Origin: an uncultured Pseudomonadota bacterium
Lineage (GTDB): Bacteria; BMS3Abin14
NCBI GenBank assembly: GCA_964454175.1
Contig: CAYVSA010000023.1
Location: 1-29,287 of the forward strand
Direction of reading: 5' to 3'
DNA length: 29,287 bases
Shown: positions 16,002-25,700 of the stretch, piece after piece
Position numbering within the stretch: position 1 is the first letter of the stretch
Layout of the letters: every line of letters begins with the position of its first letter
Notes under the pieces: model-generated
The model's database searches: none
The model's input: only the letters and a program-made list of their open reading frames with translations
Told to the model about the DNA's origin: nothing
Made by a program: the position numbers and the translations under genes

Positions 16002-18158
16002 TCAGCTCGTCATCATCCTCTCGACGGCAATGACGCCTTTTACCGTGGACAGGCCGTTGAGCAGCTCCTGAAGCTCGTCAAGGTCCCGGACCTCCACATC
16101 AAAAGTATTGATTGCGGTATTCTCCGAGGTGGTCCTGATGTCGGCGTGAGAGATATTGATGTTGCGCGTGGATATGATGGCCGTCATCTCCGCCAGGATA
16201 CCCTTCAGGTCCTCTGACGTCACCTTGATCCTGACTGTCCTGTGAGTCTTGACTTTGGTGTCCCAGTTGATCTTCACAAGTCTGTCCTGGTCGTACCTGT
16301 CTGCTTCTGTATTTGGACAGTCAACAGTGTGGACAGAAATGCCTCTCCCTCGTGTGATTATCCCGACGACATCATCACCAGGCAGCGGATTACAGCAGTG
16401 GGCAAAACGTACCATCACATCATCAACACCATCAACAACGATCCCGTCAGTGCTGGACCTCTTACGGACTTTTTTGTCGATCTTGACTTCTGGTTCCTGT
16501 TCCTTTACCGTCTCCGTCTCTGCCGGGAACAGCCTTGACACCACCTGTTTTGCAGAGTACTTGCCGTAGCCGACCGTTGCGATGAGGTCCTCCATCTTCT
16601 GGAAGCCGAAGGCAGAGGCTGTACTCTGGAAAGCTTTATTTTTTAAAGCTTTTTTCAAGGTCTTTCCGATCTTTCTCAGCTCACGGTCAAGGAGTTCCTC
16701 GCCGATCTTGAGGCTCCTTTCCTTTTCCTCCCTCTTTATGAAATTCCTGATCTTGGCTTTGGCGCTGTTGGTGCCGGCTATCTTCAGCCAGTCCTTGCTT
16801 GGTTTGTGGTCTCTTGCGGTGATGATCTCCACCATGTCACCGTTCTTGAGCTTATATTTGAGAGGCACCATTCTCCCGCTTATCTTTGCTCCAACGCAAC
16901 TGTGTCCGATATCAGTGTGTATGTTGTAGGCAAAGTCAATCGGCGTTGCGCCTGCCGGAAAGGAGCGAACGTCCCCCTTTGGAGTGAAAACGTACACTTC
17001 TTCTGGGAAGAGGTCTGTTTTGACTGTCTGCATCAGCTCCCTGGGGTTCCTCACGTCCTGGAGTTCTTCGAGGATATGCTTGAACCAGGTAAACCTTTTA
17101 ATCTCCTGCTCGGGGAGGGTCTCTTTACCTTCCTTGTACCGCCAATGGGCTGCAATGCCGTCCTCGGCTGTATAGTGCATGTCCCAGGATCTTATCTGTA
17201 CCTCCATCTGCTCATTGAAGGGGCCGATGACAGTTGTGTGCAGTGACTGATAGCGATTCGCTTTGGGAACCCCGATATAATCCTTAAACCGTCCGGGGAT
17301 AGGTTTGAACATGGAGTGTATTATGCCGAGCACGTCGTAGCACTCCCTGACGGTAGTGACTATGATCCTGAAGGCGATCTGGTCATAGATCTGTTCATAG
17401 GGGAGTTCCTGGGTTTTCATCTTGTGGTAGATGCTGTAAAGGTGTTTGGTCCTGCCGGTTACCTCCCCCTTGATACCGTGATCCATCAGGGCTTTTCGCA
17501 GGACTTTGAGGGCCTTCTTAATGTAGGCATCATACTCTTTTTTACCCGCGGCGACCTTTTCATTAAGAGACTTGAACGCCTCAGGAAAAAGATACTTGAA
17601 CGATAAGTCCTCCAACTCCGCCTGCATCCAGGCTATACCAAGACGGTTGGCCAGGGGGGCGAATATGTCCATGGTTTCCTCGGCTATTTTTGCTCTTTTT
17701 TCCGGTTTCAGGTGTTCGAGGGTCCGCATGTTGTGAAGCCTGTCGGCCAATTTTACCATGATAACCCTGATGTCCCGGGCCATTGAGATCATCATTCTAC
17801 GAAGGTTTTCAGCCTGGTGCTCTTCCCCGCTCTTGAAATCCAGTCTGCTGATCTTGGTGAGGCTCTCTACCAGGAATCCAACCTCCTGGCCAAACTGTTT
17901 TTCCAGAATCTCCCCGGTGGTATTGGTGTCCTCAACTGTGTCGTGAAGCAGGCCCACTTCAATAGTTGTGACATCCATTTTCATCTCGGCAAGGACCATG
18001 GCGACCTCGAGGGGATGGATCAGGTACGGCTCCCCGGACTGCCTCACATAACCTGCGTGGGCTCTTGCAGCGAAGACGTAGGCCCTGTTTATCCGCTCCA
18101 GGTCGGCCTCAGGGTTGTAGCTCTTGACCTTTTCGATTATATCGCCGAGACGTATCAT
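16002..18158 (-). CDS. spoT: Bifunctional (p)ppGpp synthetase/hydrolase (long RSH; Rel/SpoT)
   Basis: SGEPYLIHP, intact HD motif LLHDTVED, KLADRLHNMRT, GRFKDY, YQSLHT, AAHWRYK, TGS, CC and ACT domains. Start placed at MIRLGDI (18158), downstream of rpoZ. Confidence 0.93.
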   Translation of the reverse strand: MIRLGDIIEKVKSYNPEADLERINRAYVFAARAHAGYVRQSGEPYLIHPLEVAMVLAEMKMDVTTIEVGLLHDTVEDTNTTGEILEKQFGQEVGFLVESLTKISRLDFKSGEEHQAENLRRMMISMARDIRVIMVKLADRLHNMRTLEHLKPEKRAKIAEETMDIFAPLANRLGIAWMQAELEDLSFKYLFPEAFKSLNEKVAAGKKEYDAYIKKALKVLRKALMDHGIKGEVTGRTKHLYSIYHKMKTQELPYEQIYDQIAFRIIVTTVRECYDVLGIIHSMFKPIPGRFKDYIGVPKANRYQSLHTTVIGPFNEQMEVQIRSWDMHYTAEDGIAAHWRYKEGKETLPEQEIKRFTWFKHILEELQDVRNPRELMQTVKTDLFPEEVYVFTPKGDVRSFPAGATPIDFAYNIHTDIGHSCVGAKISGRMVPLKYKLKNGDMVEIITARDHKPSKDWLKIAGTNSAKAKIRNFIKREEKERSLKIGEELLDRELRKIGKTLKKALKNKAFQSTASAFGFQKMEDLIATVGYGKYSAKQVVSRLFPAETETVKEQEPEVKIDKKVRKRSSTDGIVVDGVDDVMVRFAHCCNPLPGDDVVGIITRGRGISVHTVDCPNTEADRYDQDRLVKINWDTKVKTHRTVRIKVTSEDLKGILAEMTAIISTRNINISHADIRTTSENTAINTFDVEVRDLDELQELLNGLSTVKGVIAVERMMTS

Positions 18159-18200
18159 AGTAGTTGGGTCTGAACAGCCGTTTCTCCTGTCCGAAATTGC

Positions 18201-18234
18201 AAAAAATCCCCGGCCTGCGTACAGATCGGGGATT
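18201..18234 (-). terminator. Probable intrinsic terminator after rpoZ
   Basis: Minus strand AATCCCCG-atctgtacgcaggc-CGGGGATT followed by a T-run. Confidence 0.6.
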
Positions 18235-18258
18235 CGAGGGAAAAAAAGAGGGTCGCGA

Positions 18259-18588
18259 TCAGGCGCCGGTGGACTCTTCAGTCGAGGCAGTTGAGAGGGT
18301 CTTATCAACCTCATCTTCCTGCTTCGCATCCAGCGATGCCATAAGTACTTTTTCGCGAACCCGCCTTTTGGCATCCCTGATCGCATGCATCTCTTCCATC
18401 GTACCAGGTATGATAGCTCCCTCGGCCAGCTCTTCCAGGGCCAGCATTACCGGCTTTGCCCCATCTTCCTTGTTGATGAGTCTCGCATCCCCCGAGTTTA
18501 TCTCCTTGGCTCTGGACACGGCCATCATCGTAAGTTCGAACCGGTTCGGGTATAGCTGCAGTGCTTTTTCAAGTATGTTCAATTTCAT
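18259..18588 (-). CDS. rpoZ: RNA polymerase omega subunit
   Basis: PNRFELTMMAVSRAKEI...KPVMLALEEL motif; lies between gmk and spoT. Confidence 0.92.
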   Translation of the reverse strand: MKLNILEKALQLYPNRFELTMMAVSRAKEINSGDARLINKEDGAKPVMLALEELAEGAIIPGTMEEMHAIRDAKRRVREKVLMASLDAKQEDEVDKTLSTASTEESTGA

Positions 18589-18609
18589 TCCCTTACACCT
18601 CCTGGTGTT

Positions 18610-19224
18610 CTATTTGCTGCTCCTCGCAGCCTTGCACCGTTCAGCCACAACAACACACATCAGCGCATCTGCAGCGGCATCAATATTTTCATTTGCGATA
18701 GCATAGTCATAAAAGGGGATCAGGGCAAGCTCCTTGTCAGCCTGCGCCATTCTGATGTCTATTTCCTGTTGTGTTTCCGTTCCTCGCTTCAGAAGCCTTC
18801 GTTCCAGTTCGTCCCTGCCAGGCGGCACGATAAAAACCAGGACGGAATCGGGGAACCTCTCCCTGATCTGGGTCCCGCCCTGGACATCGATGTCCAGCAG
18901 CACATCCCAACCATCGTCCAGGATAGTCTGGATGGCCTTTTCACTGGTCCCGTACAGTTCTTCGTAGACGTTGGCCCACTCGATGAATTCATTTTCGCCA
19001 ACCATCCTCTGGAATTCATCTGTTGAGATGAAATGATAATCCCTGCCATCGACCTCTCCCGGACGCGGCAGGCGGGTGGTGTGAGACACGGACACAGCCA
19101 GATCGGGCAGAGCACCCAGGAGCCTCCCGACCAGTGTCGTTTTGCCTCCCCCGGAAGCAGAAGATATTACGAATAATATCCCCTTTCCCTCTTTGCCGTT
19201 CTCACCCCTGTACTCCGACATCAT
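18610..19224 (-). CDS. gmk: Guanylate kinase
   Basis: SSASGGGKTT, SVSHTTRLPRPGEVDGRDYHF, EWANVY..LYGT, LDIDVQG. Start likely 19224 or 19221, after AAAGGGG. Confidence 0.95.
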   Translation of the reverse strand: MMSEYRGENGKEGKGILFVISSASGGGKTTLVGRLLGALPDLAVSVSHTTRLPRPGEVDGRDYHFISTDEFQRMVGENEFIEWANVYEELYGTSEKAIQTILDDGWDVLLDIDVQGGTQIRERFPDSVLVFIVPPGRDELERRLLKRGTETQQEIDIRMAQADKELALIPFYDYAIANENIDAAADALMCVVVAERCKAARSSK

Positions 19225-19294
19225 GACCCCTTTATTTTTCGATTCCGGAACAAAGTTTTTTTTGCGATCAGCAAATTTCCACAACTTGAAACAT

Positions 19295-19446
19295 GATGAC
19301 TTCGCAAAAAATCATCACCGCGCCCATCAAGGGGCGCTCAAATCATTGATTGCACCGCAAGTTAATGATTTGAGAGGAAAGCGAAAATGACACTATTCGC
19401 TTTCCTAGGAGTAAAAAGCCACGGATGGACTTTTTACGACCCTGCC
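19295..19446 (-). mobile_element. 152-bp MITE-like element, complete copy in the opposite orientation
   Basis: Reverse complement aligns end to end with 11283-11434 and has the same length; flanks AAACAT (19289-19294) and AAACCT (19447-19452) form a 5/6 target duplication. Confidence 0.85.
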
Positions 19447-19456
19447 AAACCTGAAA

Positions 19457-20335
19457 CTACTCAACATTCTGTACCTGTTCACGGACCTTTTCCAGCTCGG
19501 ATTTGAAATCAACCACGATCCCCGACAGTTCCACCGCACCTGCTTTGGAGCCAATCGTATTAACCTCCCTGACGAGTTCCTGTATCAGAAAGTCCATCCT
19601 CCTTCCGGCAGGACCGCCTGCGCCGAGGGCTTCTTCCATGGCGTTCAGGTGAGCGGCGATCCGTGTAAACTCTTCTGAAACGTCTGCCTTCTGGGAGAGC
19701 ATTGCGATCTCCCCCTCCAGCCTCTGCCTGTCAACAACCTCTCCTGCACCAACTTTTCCAAGAAACTCCCTGATATTTTCAGCGATGCGAGCAGGTATCT
19801 CTTCTGCCAGGGGAGCCATATCATCTGCCATCTTTCTCATGGAGATCACCCTGCCGGACAGATCTTCCTTTATGGCAGTCCCCTCCCTGATCCTGTGTTC
19901 CGCCATCTTTTTGAAAGCCTCACTGCAAACATCCAGGACGAGGTCACCGAGGCTTCCCGCATCGGTCTTCTCGTTCCACTTGATGACATCACCCACGGAA
20001 AGAACGTGCTCGAGGCGAACATTGTCGCCGGTGAGATCGGCTACACTCTTTAGAGAATCAAAAACTTCTTTTGCCTTCTCAATATCAACACCAAAGCCCT
20101 TTATCCCACCCTCCAGAGTTATGAATGTTTCAACCTTTCCCCTGGAAAAAAAATCCCTGGCCATCTTTTTAATATCAGATTCGAGGTACAAAAGGTCTCT
20201 CGGTGAACGGACTGAAACTTCCAGGAATCGATGGTTCAGGGATCTCACCTCCACCGTGACCATGCCGCCATCCCATTCTCTCTGGGCCCGCCCAAAGCCT
20301 GTCATGCTGACAAGATCTTTCTTCAAGTTATCCAA
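19457..20335 (-). CDS. yicC: YicC/YloC family endoribonuclease
   Basis: SMTGFGR, EVRSLNHRFLE, SRGKVE, KADVSEE, GRRMDFLIQEL.REVNTIGSK, EKVREQVQNVE. Confidence 0.93.
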   Translation of the reverse strand: MDNLKKDLVSMTGFGRAQREWDGGMVTVEVRSLNHRFLEVSVRSPRDLLYLESDIKKMARDFFSRGKVETFITLEGGIKGFGVDIEKAKEVFDSLKSVADLTGDNVRLEHVLSVGDVIKWNEKTDAGSLGDLVLDVCSEAFKKMAEHRIREGTAIKEDLSGRVISMRKMADDMAPLAEEIPARIAENIREFLGKVGAGEVVDRQRLEGEIAMLSQKADVSEEFTRIAAHLNAMEEALGAGGPAGRRMDFLIQELVREVNTIGSKAGAVELSGIVVDFKSELEKVREQVQNVE

Positions 20336-20870
20336 TCTCTGTATCCCCCTTCATCCAGCCCTTAACAGCTTTTCTTTCCCCGCAAAGGAATTCGTGTACC
20401 CAGACATCACGGTAATCAGGATATGTCCAGGGCATCGTCTCAAAACCTCTTCTGCTATCGTACATCAGGGTGACCTCAGCGTAAATTCCACCGCTGAGGT
20501 ATACCCTGTGAGAATAAGGTTTGGTGGTGGCCAGGACAAGGGATTCCAGGGAAAGTATCCCGGGGTCCAGATTCACTGTCCGTTGTCCATTTACCGCAAG
20601 TTCCTCCTCAAGCCTGTTGGTAGCTATCTTGGCATCGGCCAGGCGCTCGCGGGGAAAAGGTTCGGCGAAGGACCAGAAGCGCCTGCTTACGCCCTCACCC
20701 ATTTCTGCAACATAATAGGATGTAAATTCGAAAGTTACTGTTCGGGACTCATTGTGCAGGGGACCGAAGAGAGCCTCACAGCTATGCCTTGCCGGGCCGA
20801 GAAACTCGTCAGCCGACGAGAGTACTCCCATAACGAGCATGGCCGGGGTCGGAAAGGTCTCATTCCCCAC
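20328..20870 (-). CDS. DUF4416 family protein
   Basis: FTSYY..EMG, RTVNLDPG, LVLATTK.YSHRVYL..GIYAEVTL, PWTYPDYR; overlaps both neighbouring genes. Confidence 0.85.
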   Translation of the reverse strand: MGNETFPTPAMLVMGVLSSADEFLGPARHSCEALFGPLHNESRTVTFEFTSYYVAEMGEGVSRRFWSFAEPFPRERLADAKIATNRLEEELAVNGQRTVNLDPGILSLESLVLATTKPYSHRVYLSGGIYAEVTLMYDSRRGFETMPWTYPDYRDVWVHEFLCGERKAVKGWMKGDTEIG

Positions 20871-22656
20871 TCTCTATCGTTCCTCCAGGGCCGGACCTGA
20901 GCTTTCCGATCTTCTTTTGAAGCTCATTTATGCGCTTATTGTAGCGTTCCTCCACCTGGTAGTGAGTCTCCAGTATACCATCCACCTTGCTCTTCAGAAC
21001 TGCTTCGATGCGTCTCTCCAGGCGGGTCATGGAAATTTCCTTCCCCTTCGTTGCATTTTTATCAGCGGAAGAATTGTGCAGCCCGACTATATTGTCCATT
21101 GTGTCAGAATCGATGGGTGCGGCTACCCTGTGGTTAAATTTCCCGGCTTCCACATTCAGGGATCTGACATCTCTTGACACCAGTACCATGGTCGTTGATC
21201 TAATCTCGAGGACATTTCGGACCATCCATGCGGCAAAGTATGGATCCATGTCTTTCAAAGAATCTGTTATGAGCAGTATGTCCGGGACCTCCGCTTCGAG
21301 TTTTTTCACCATGCCGATGGAATCGTTCGCCTCCATCATGATGAACCCTTTGCGCTGGCAGAAGCCGGATACCTTTGACGACAGGTCCCGGTCGCCCCCG
21401 CTGACAACCATAATTGTGAGTGGCGCAGAATACACCGGGTCAGGCCCATCGGAGCCCGTTCCTCCGGCAGGGAGATCCTGAACACCTTCGGCCATACGGT
21501 AGAACAAGTCGAGGAACTCCCCGATCTGAAAAGGTTTGTCCATGTACTCATCAACCTTGTATTCATCCTGGATCTTTGCCTTGTACTTGTATTTCTTGTA
21601 CACCGCCGTCAGGATCATGATCCTTGCTTTGTAATCCGACTCCTCCTTGATCCTCCTGCTCAACTCGAACCCGTGGAGCTTTGGAAGCATCGCGTCTGTC
21701 ACCACCAGTGATGGCCTCTCCCTGAGAAAAACCTCCAGTCCTTCCTGGCCATCACGGGCAGTGAGTACATTTAGTCCCTCTTCCTTGAGGATCTGCTCAA
21801 GAAGGAGAAGGATCTCCCTTTCGTCATCGATTACCAGGACCTTTCTACCTTCCAGGTCCAATGATCGTGGTTTTTTCTCCTCAACCTGTTTCGCTTCAGG
21901 TTCCTTTCCCTTTTCCATCCGGTCCCTGATGGATCTTGCCTTTCTCTCGGCCTCACTGTCGTCAAGGTTCTCTGCAAGGACTTCAAGAAGAGAAACAGCC
22001 CGCGATTCGTGGCCGGAAGATTCAAGTTCAACTGCAAGATCATAGATCGGTCCGGGAGCGATCCTGGAAGTTTCATCGGATTCGGTCAGGGAACCCAGCA
22101 GCACGACAGCATCGCTGTTTTCAGGGTCCAACCGGAGCGCCTTGATGCAGAAATCGCAGCTCTCCTTCAGGTCATTGGTCAATCTGGCTGCCTTGATAAA
22201 GCCCTGTGCCGCGTGAAACGGCATCCCCGCCTCCTCGTTCAGGGAGGCGAACTTTATCCATGCGTCAATGTTCTCTGGAAGAAAGTCCGTAACCTTGTCG
22301 AAGACTGAAACGGCCATTATCAACTTTCCATCCTTGCGGTACCAGTCGGAAAGAGATTCATATACCATTACGGCCGAGTCGTGGTCATTCATCTCGGTGT
22401 AGGTCTCGGCAAGGAGATAATAGGAGTCCTGATTATCAGGGAAATCCCTGAGCATTTTTTTCAGGATGACAATGGCTTTGTTCAGATTCCGGCCCGGGCT
22501 GTTCTGGCCAGTAAAGAGCCTGGCAGCGGAGAGATAATGCTTTGCAGCTTCAGCGCTCTCCTTTTGCTGCTGGTAGAGCTGTCCCAGCTTATTGTGGATA
22601 TCTGGCCGGTATGGCTGCTTTTTCAGCTGTCTGAGCAGGTCTTCAATGGTTTCCAT
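20860..22656 (-). CDS. TPR + receiver + degenerate receiver + coiled-coil protein
   Basis: N-terminal TPR-like helices; REC domain (KVLVIDD...LVVTDAMLP...DKPF); a second REC-like fold lacking the acidic pocket; C-terminal heptads. Confidence 0.85.
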   Translation of the reverse strand: METIEDLLRQLKKQPYRPDIHNKLGQLYQQQKESAEAAKHYLSAARLFTGQNSPGRNLNKAIVILKKMLRDFPDNQDSYYLLAETYTEMNDHDSAVMVYESLSDWYRKDGKLIMAVSVFDKVTDFLPENIDAWIKFASLNEEAGMPFHAAQGFIKAARLTNDLKESCDFCIKALRLDPENSDAVVLLGSLTESDETSRIAPGPIYDLAVELESSGHESRAVSLLEVLAENLDDSEAERKARSIRDRMEKGKEPEAKQVEEKKPRSLDLEGRKVLVIDDEREILLLLEQILKEEGLNVLTARDGQEGLEVFLRERPSLVVTDAMLPKLHGFELSRRIKEESDYKARIMILTAVYKKYKYKAKIQDEYKVDEYMDKPFQIGEFLDLFYRMAEGVQDLPAGGTGSDGPDPVYSAPLTIMVVSGGDRDLSSKVSGFCQRKGFIMMEANDSIGMVKKLEAEVPDILLITDSLKDMDPYFAAWMVRNVLEIRSTTMVLVSRDVRSLNVEAGKFNHRVAAPIDSDTMDNIVGLHNSSADKNATKGKEISMTRLERRIEAVLKSKVDGILETHYQVEERYNKRINELQKKIGKLRSGPGGTIESGE

Positions 22657-22676
22657 AAGTTATTCAGTACCATAAT

Positions 22677-22725
22677 TCGTGACGCGTGACGCGTGATGAG
22701 TAATTATTGACTGGCAACCAGTAAT
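22677..22725. repeat. Degenerate heptamer tract
   Basis: tcgtgac gcgtgac gcgtgat gagtaat tattgac tggcaac cagtaat. Confidence 0.55.
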
Positions 22726-22730
22726 CCATG

Positions 22731-25700
22731 CTAGATGGCGACCTTCCAGTCGGAAACATCCCACGAGAGGACTCTCAGCGGCACTTCACCGACGTCATAG
22801 ATAACAAGCTGAAGTTTTTCCGGTGAAACCACTATTTTCTCCTTTGGAAAAGCAACCGTTATTCCTACTTCATACATGAAAACAGGGTTGACGTGTTTGC
22901 CTGCTGCCGTAATGTGACTCATAATGAACTTCCGGTTTGCCAGTCCCTCGGTCAGCAGCGCACCGGTCTCGTTGCCCTCGGGATCTCTGAGTACAAGGTG
23001 ACTTTCAAGGTTGTTGGCGTATCCCGGATAGCCGCTCTTAAGGTTTTTTGCAAACACCGTAACGTAAAACGACCGGTTCAGTGAAAATGTATTGGAGAGG
23101 TCCCCTATCACCCTGCTGATACGATCTTCGGACCATTTTTCCCTGGCAGCAGAAAATTTGATAGCTGATATCAGCTCTTCACGGGTGTGCAGAGTAGCCT
23201 GTATCCTCATGTCCTCAGATACCGATTGGACTGTCTGCCGGCGCCATAGTTCCTCATAACCGGATTCATCATCAGGATCGTGGACGGCCGAAGCATCGGA
23301 GAGATCTGAGGAACCTTCTCCAGCGGGCGTTTGCTCCAATGTCGTCCTGCCTGCACCCTTGCCGTCCTTCAGGGAGGACAGGGTCAAATACCCTGCAAAG
23401 AAAACAAGACATGCCAACAGAACGAGTATCGCGATCGTGGTCATCCTCCGTCTGCCGGTCACGACCTCAAGCGGCCGAGGGACGTCCTTTACCTGCATGG
23501 GGTAGAATCTTTCCATCTCCTCCCCCATCATCTTCATCCTCTCCTGGTATGACTCCTCCACAAGTTTCCGCATCTCATCTTCAGTGACACGCCGTCTCTC
23601 CCGCTCCTTCCGGTGCTCATCCCGCTCATCTTCAAGGGCCTGCATCATCGACCTGAGCCTGTCTTCCAGGCGATCCTCCTGCTCCTTTTGCTCCAGAACA
23701 ACCGACTGTGCCTCTGAAACGGTTCTGTCAAGGATGCCCTCAAGCTTGTCTAGCCTGTCTGAGAACTCCTTCTGGATGAGATCAAATTCACTCCCGGTTG
23801 AACCCGTCTTCATCGACTCAACCCACCCGGACAGGGATTCTGCCTCCACGGAAGAACCTTCTTCCAACCGTGTATGAAGGTAGCTGTTCTCCTCGAGAAG
23901 TTTTTCATAGCGTCCCTCGATATCCTTGATCCTTTCCCGTTCGGCTTTGATCTCCTCCTCTGATTCCTGAAGTCTTGATACCTTTTCCCTCTCTTTTTCC
24001 AGTTCACCTTCCAGAGCCTCGAGGCCCCTTAACCTCTCAGTGGCCGCTGAGAGTTCCTCCTCGACAGTCTCCAGAGAAGTTATCCTCTCGTTCCCGGCAG
24101 CGAGTTCCTTTTCCAGTTCATGTATCCTGGATTCACCCAGCTCGACCTGTCGTGACATCTCGTCCCGGACTTCACCTGTTTCATCCAGGATTTTCTGCTT
24201 CGCTTCCAACTCACCGGCCGTCTTCTCGGCGAGCTCGGCCCGGGCTGCTTTCTCCAGTTCGAGATCGCTTTCCACGGCAGAAAGCTTACCCGCTTCCGCT
24301 TCGGCTTCGGCAAGGGTCTCTTCCAGTTCCCTGACCTTCTCTTCCAGTTCCAGGCGTGTCTCTGCCTGGTCAGTCAGTATCTTGCGCTGGCTTTCCAACT
24401 CGGATTCCAGGGACTCGATGCTGCTTTCCCTTTCGGAAACAACCTTCCTCAAGGACTCCAGCTCACCCGCGGTCTTCCTGGCAGCCTCCTCTGCAGATGA
24501 GATCTCCTGTCTGGCAGCTGACTTATCCTCGGCGAGTTTATCCCTTTCCTCCTCGAGGATACGGATCCTTTCCCGACCAAGACTCAAGTCGTCCCGTACG
24601 GAAGTAAGCTCAGCTTCACGGCTGGCAATCTCCTCTGGATCCGGTACGCTCTCCTCCAGTTCGCGGCTGTGCCTCTCCAGCTCACTGACACGGACACTGC
24701 CTTCTGTGACCTGCGATTTCAGTTCCTGGTTCTCGGTGTCCAGCCTGACGAACTCGGTGGAGAGGTCAGAGAGTTTAAGCTGCAGATTCTCCTTTTCTTT
24801 TTCCAGCCCCAGCAGCTTTTCGTCCCTCCCGGTAATGTCACCTTCAAGCTCGATCCTTTTCTTTTCCAGAGCATCCAGATCGCCCTGAAGCTTTTTTATC
24901 CGATCCCTTTCCTGCTGGTGGTTCTCCACCAGCGCCCTGGCCTGTTCTTCCACCTCCTCCTTGGCGCTGACAGCAGCTGCAAGGTCCATCTTCAGCTTAC
25001 CATCCACGCCCTGGAGGTCATCGAGGGATTTGCCTGTCTCATCTACCCTTTTAGTCGCCAGTGTCAGTTTCTCGGAAAGCTCCCTCTCGCGATCCGTGGC
25101 CTGCTCTTCCAGATTTTCGAGCTTCGTGAGTATTTCGTCCTTATGGCGCTGGACGCTGGAAAGCTCGTCCATGAGGTCGCTTTGCTTTTTCTGCAGGCCC
25201 TCGATCTCCAACCGGGCAGTCTTCAGTTGTTCGGTGGCCTCACTGAGCTTTTTTCTCTCAGCTGCTGTAAGTGCCTGCTGCTGATCCTGAACCTCGGCGA
25301 CAGGCAGGAGAAAGTCGGTCTTTTCCTCGACGTCGGAAATGACCTTTGTGGCGGTACCTGCACCGCCAGCCCCGGCGATCCTGCGGACTACATCAAGGAG
25401 CTCGGCTTTTTTGAAGGGTTTTCTGAGATACCCGTCGGCGCGGTGTTTAAGGCCAGAATACCTACGCAGAGAATCCTCATCGACAACAGCGGACATTATC
25501 ACCACGGGGATCCACGAAGTATTGGGGTCCTTCTTCAGGTTCTCGCAGACGATAAATCCGTTCATTGCGGGCATCTGAACATCAAGGAGAACCAGGTCCG
25601 GAAGGATCTCGCGGGCAACTTCAAGCCCTTCCTCGCCGTCCATGGCCTGGTACACCCTCATTCCGGCCTCCTCGAGGAATTCCCGGACCATGTCCAATAT

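Noticed and set aside
18159-18386. 76-aa N-terminal extension of Rel/SpoT
   Set aside because: Overlaps rpoZ and a terminator-like hairpin; RSH homology starts at MIRL.
19785-20900. 371-aa plus-strand ORF
   Set aside because: Antisense to yicC and the DUF4416 gene, with no recognisable domain.
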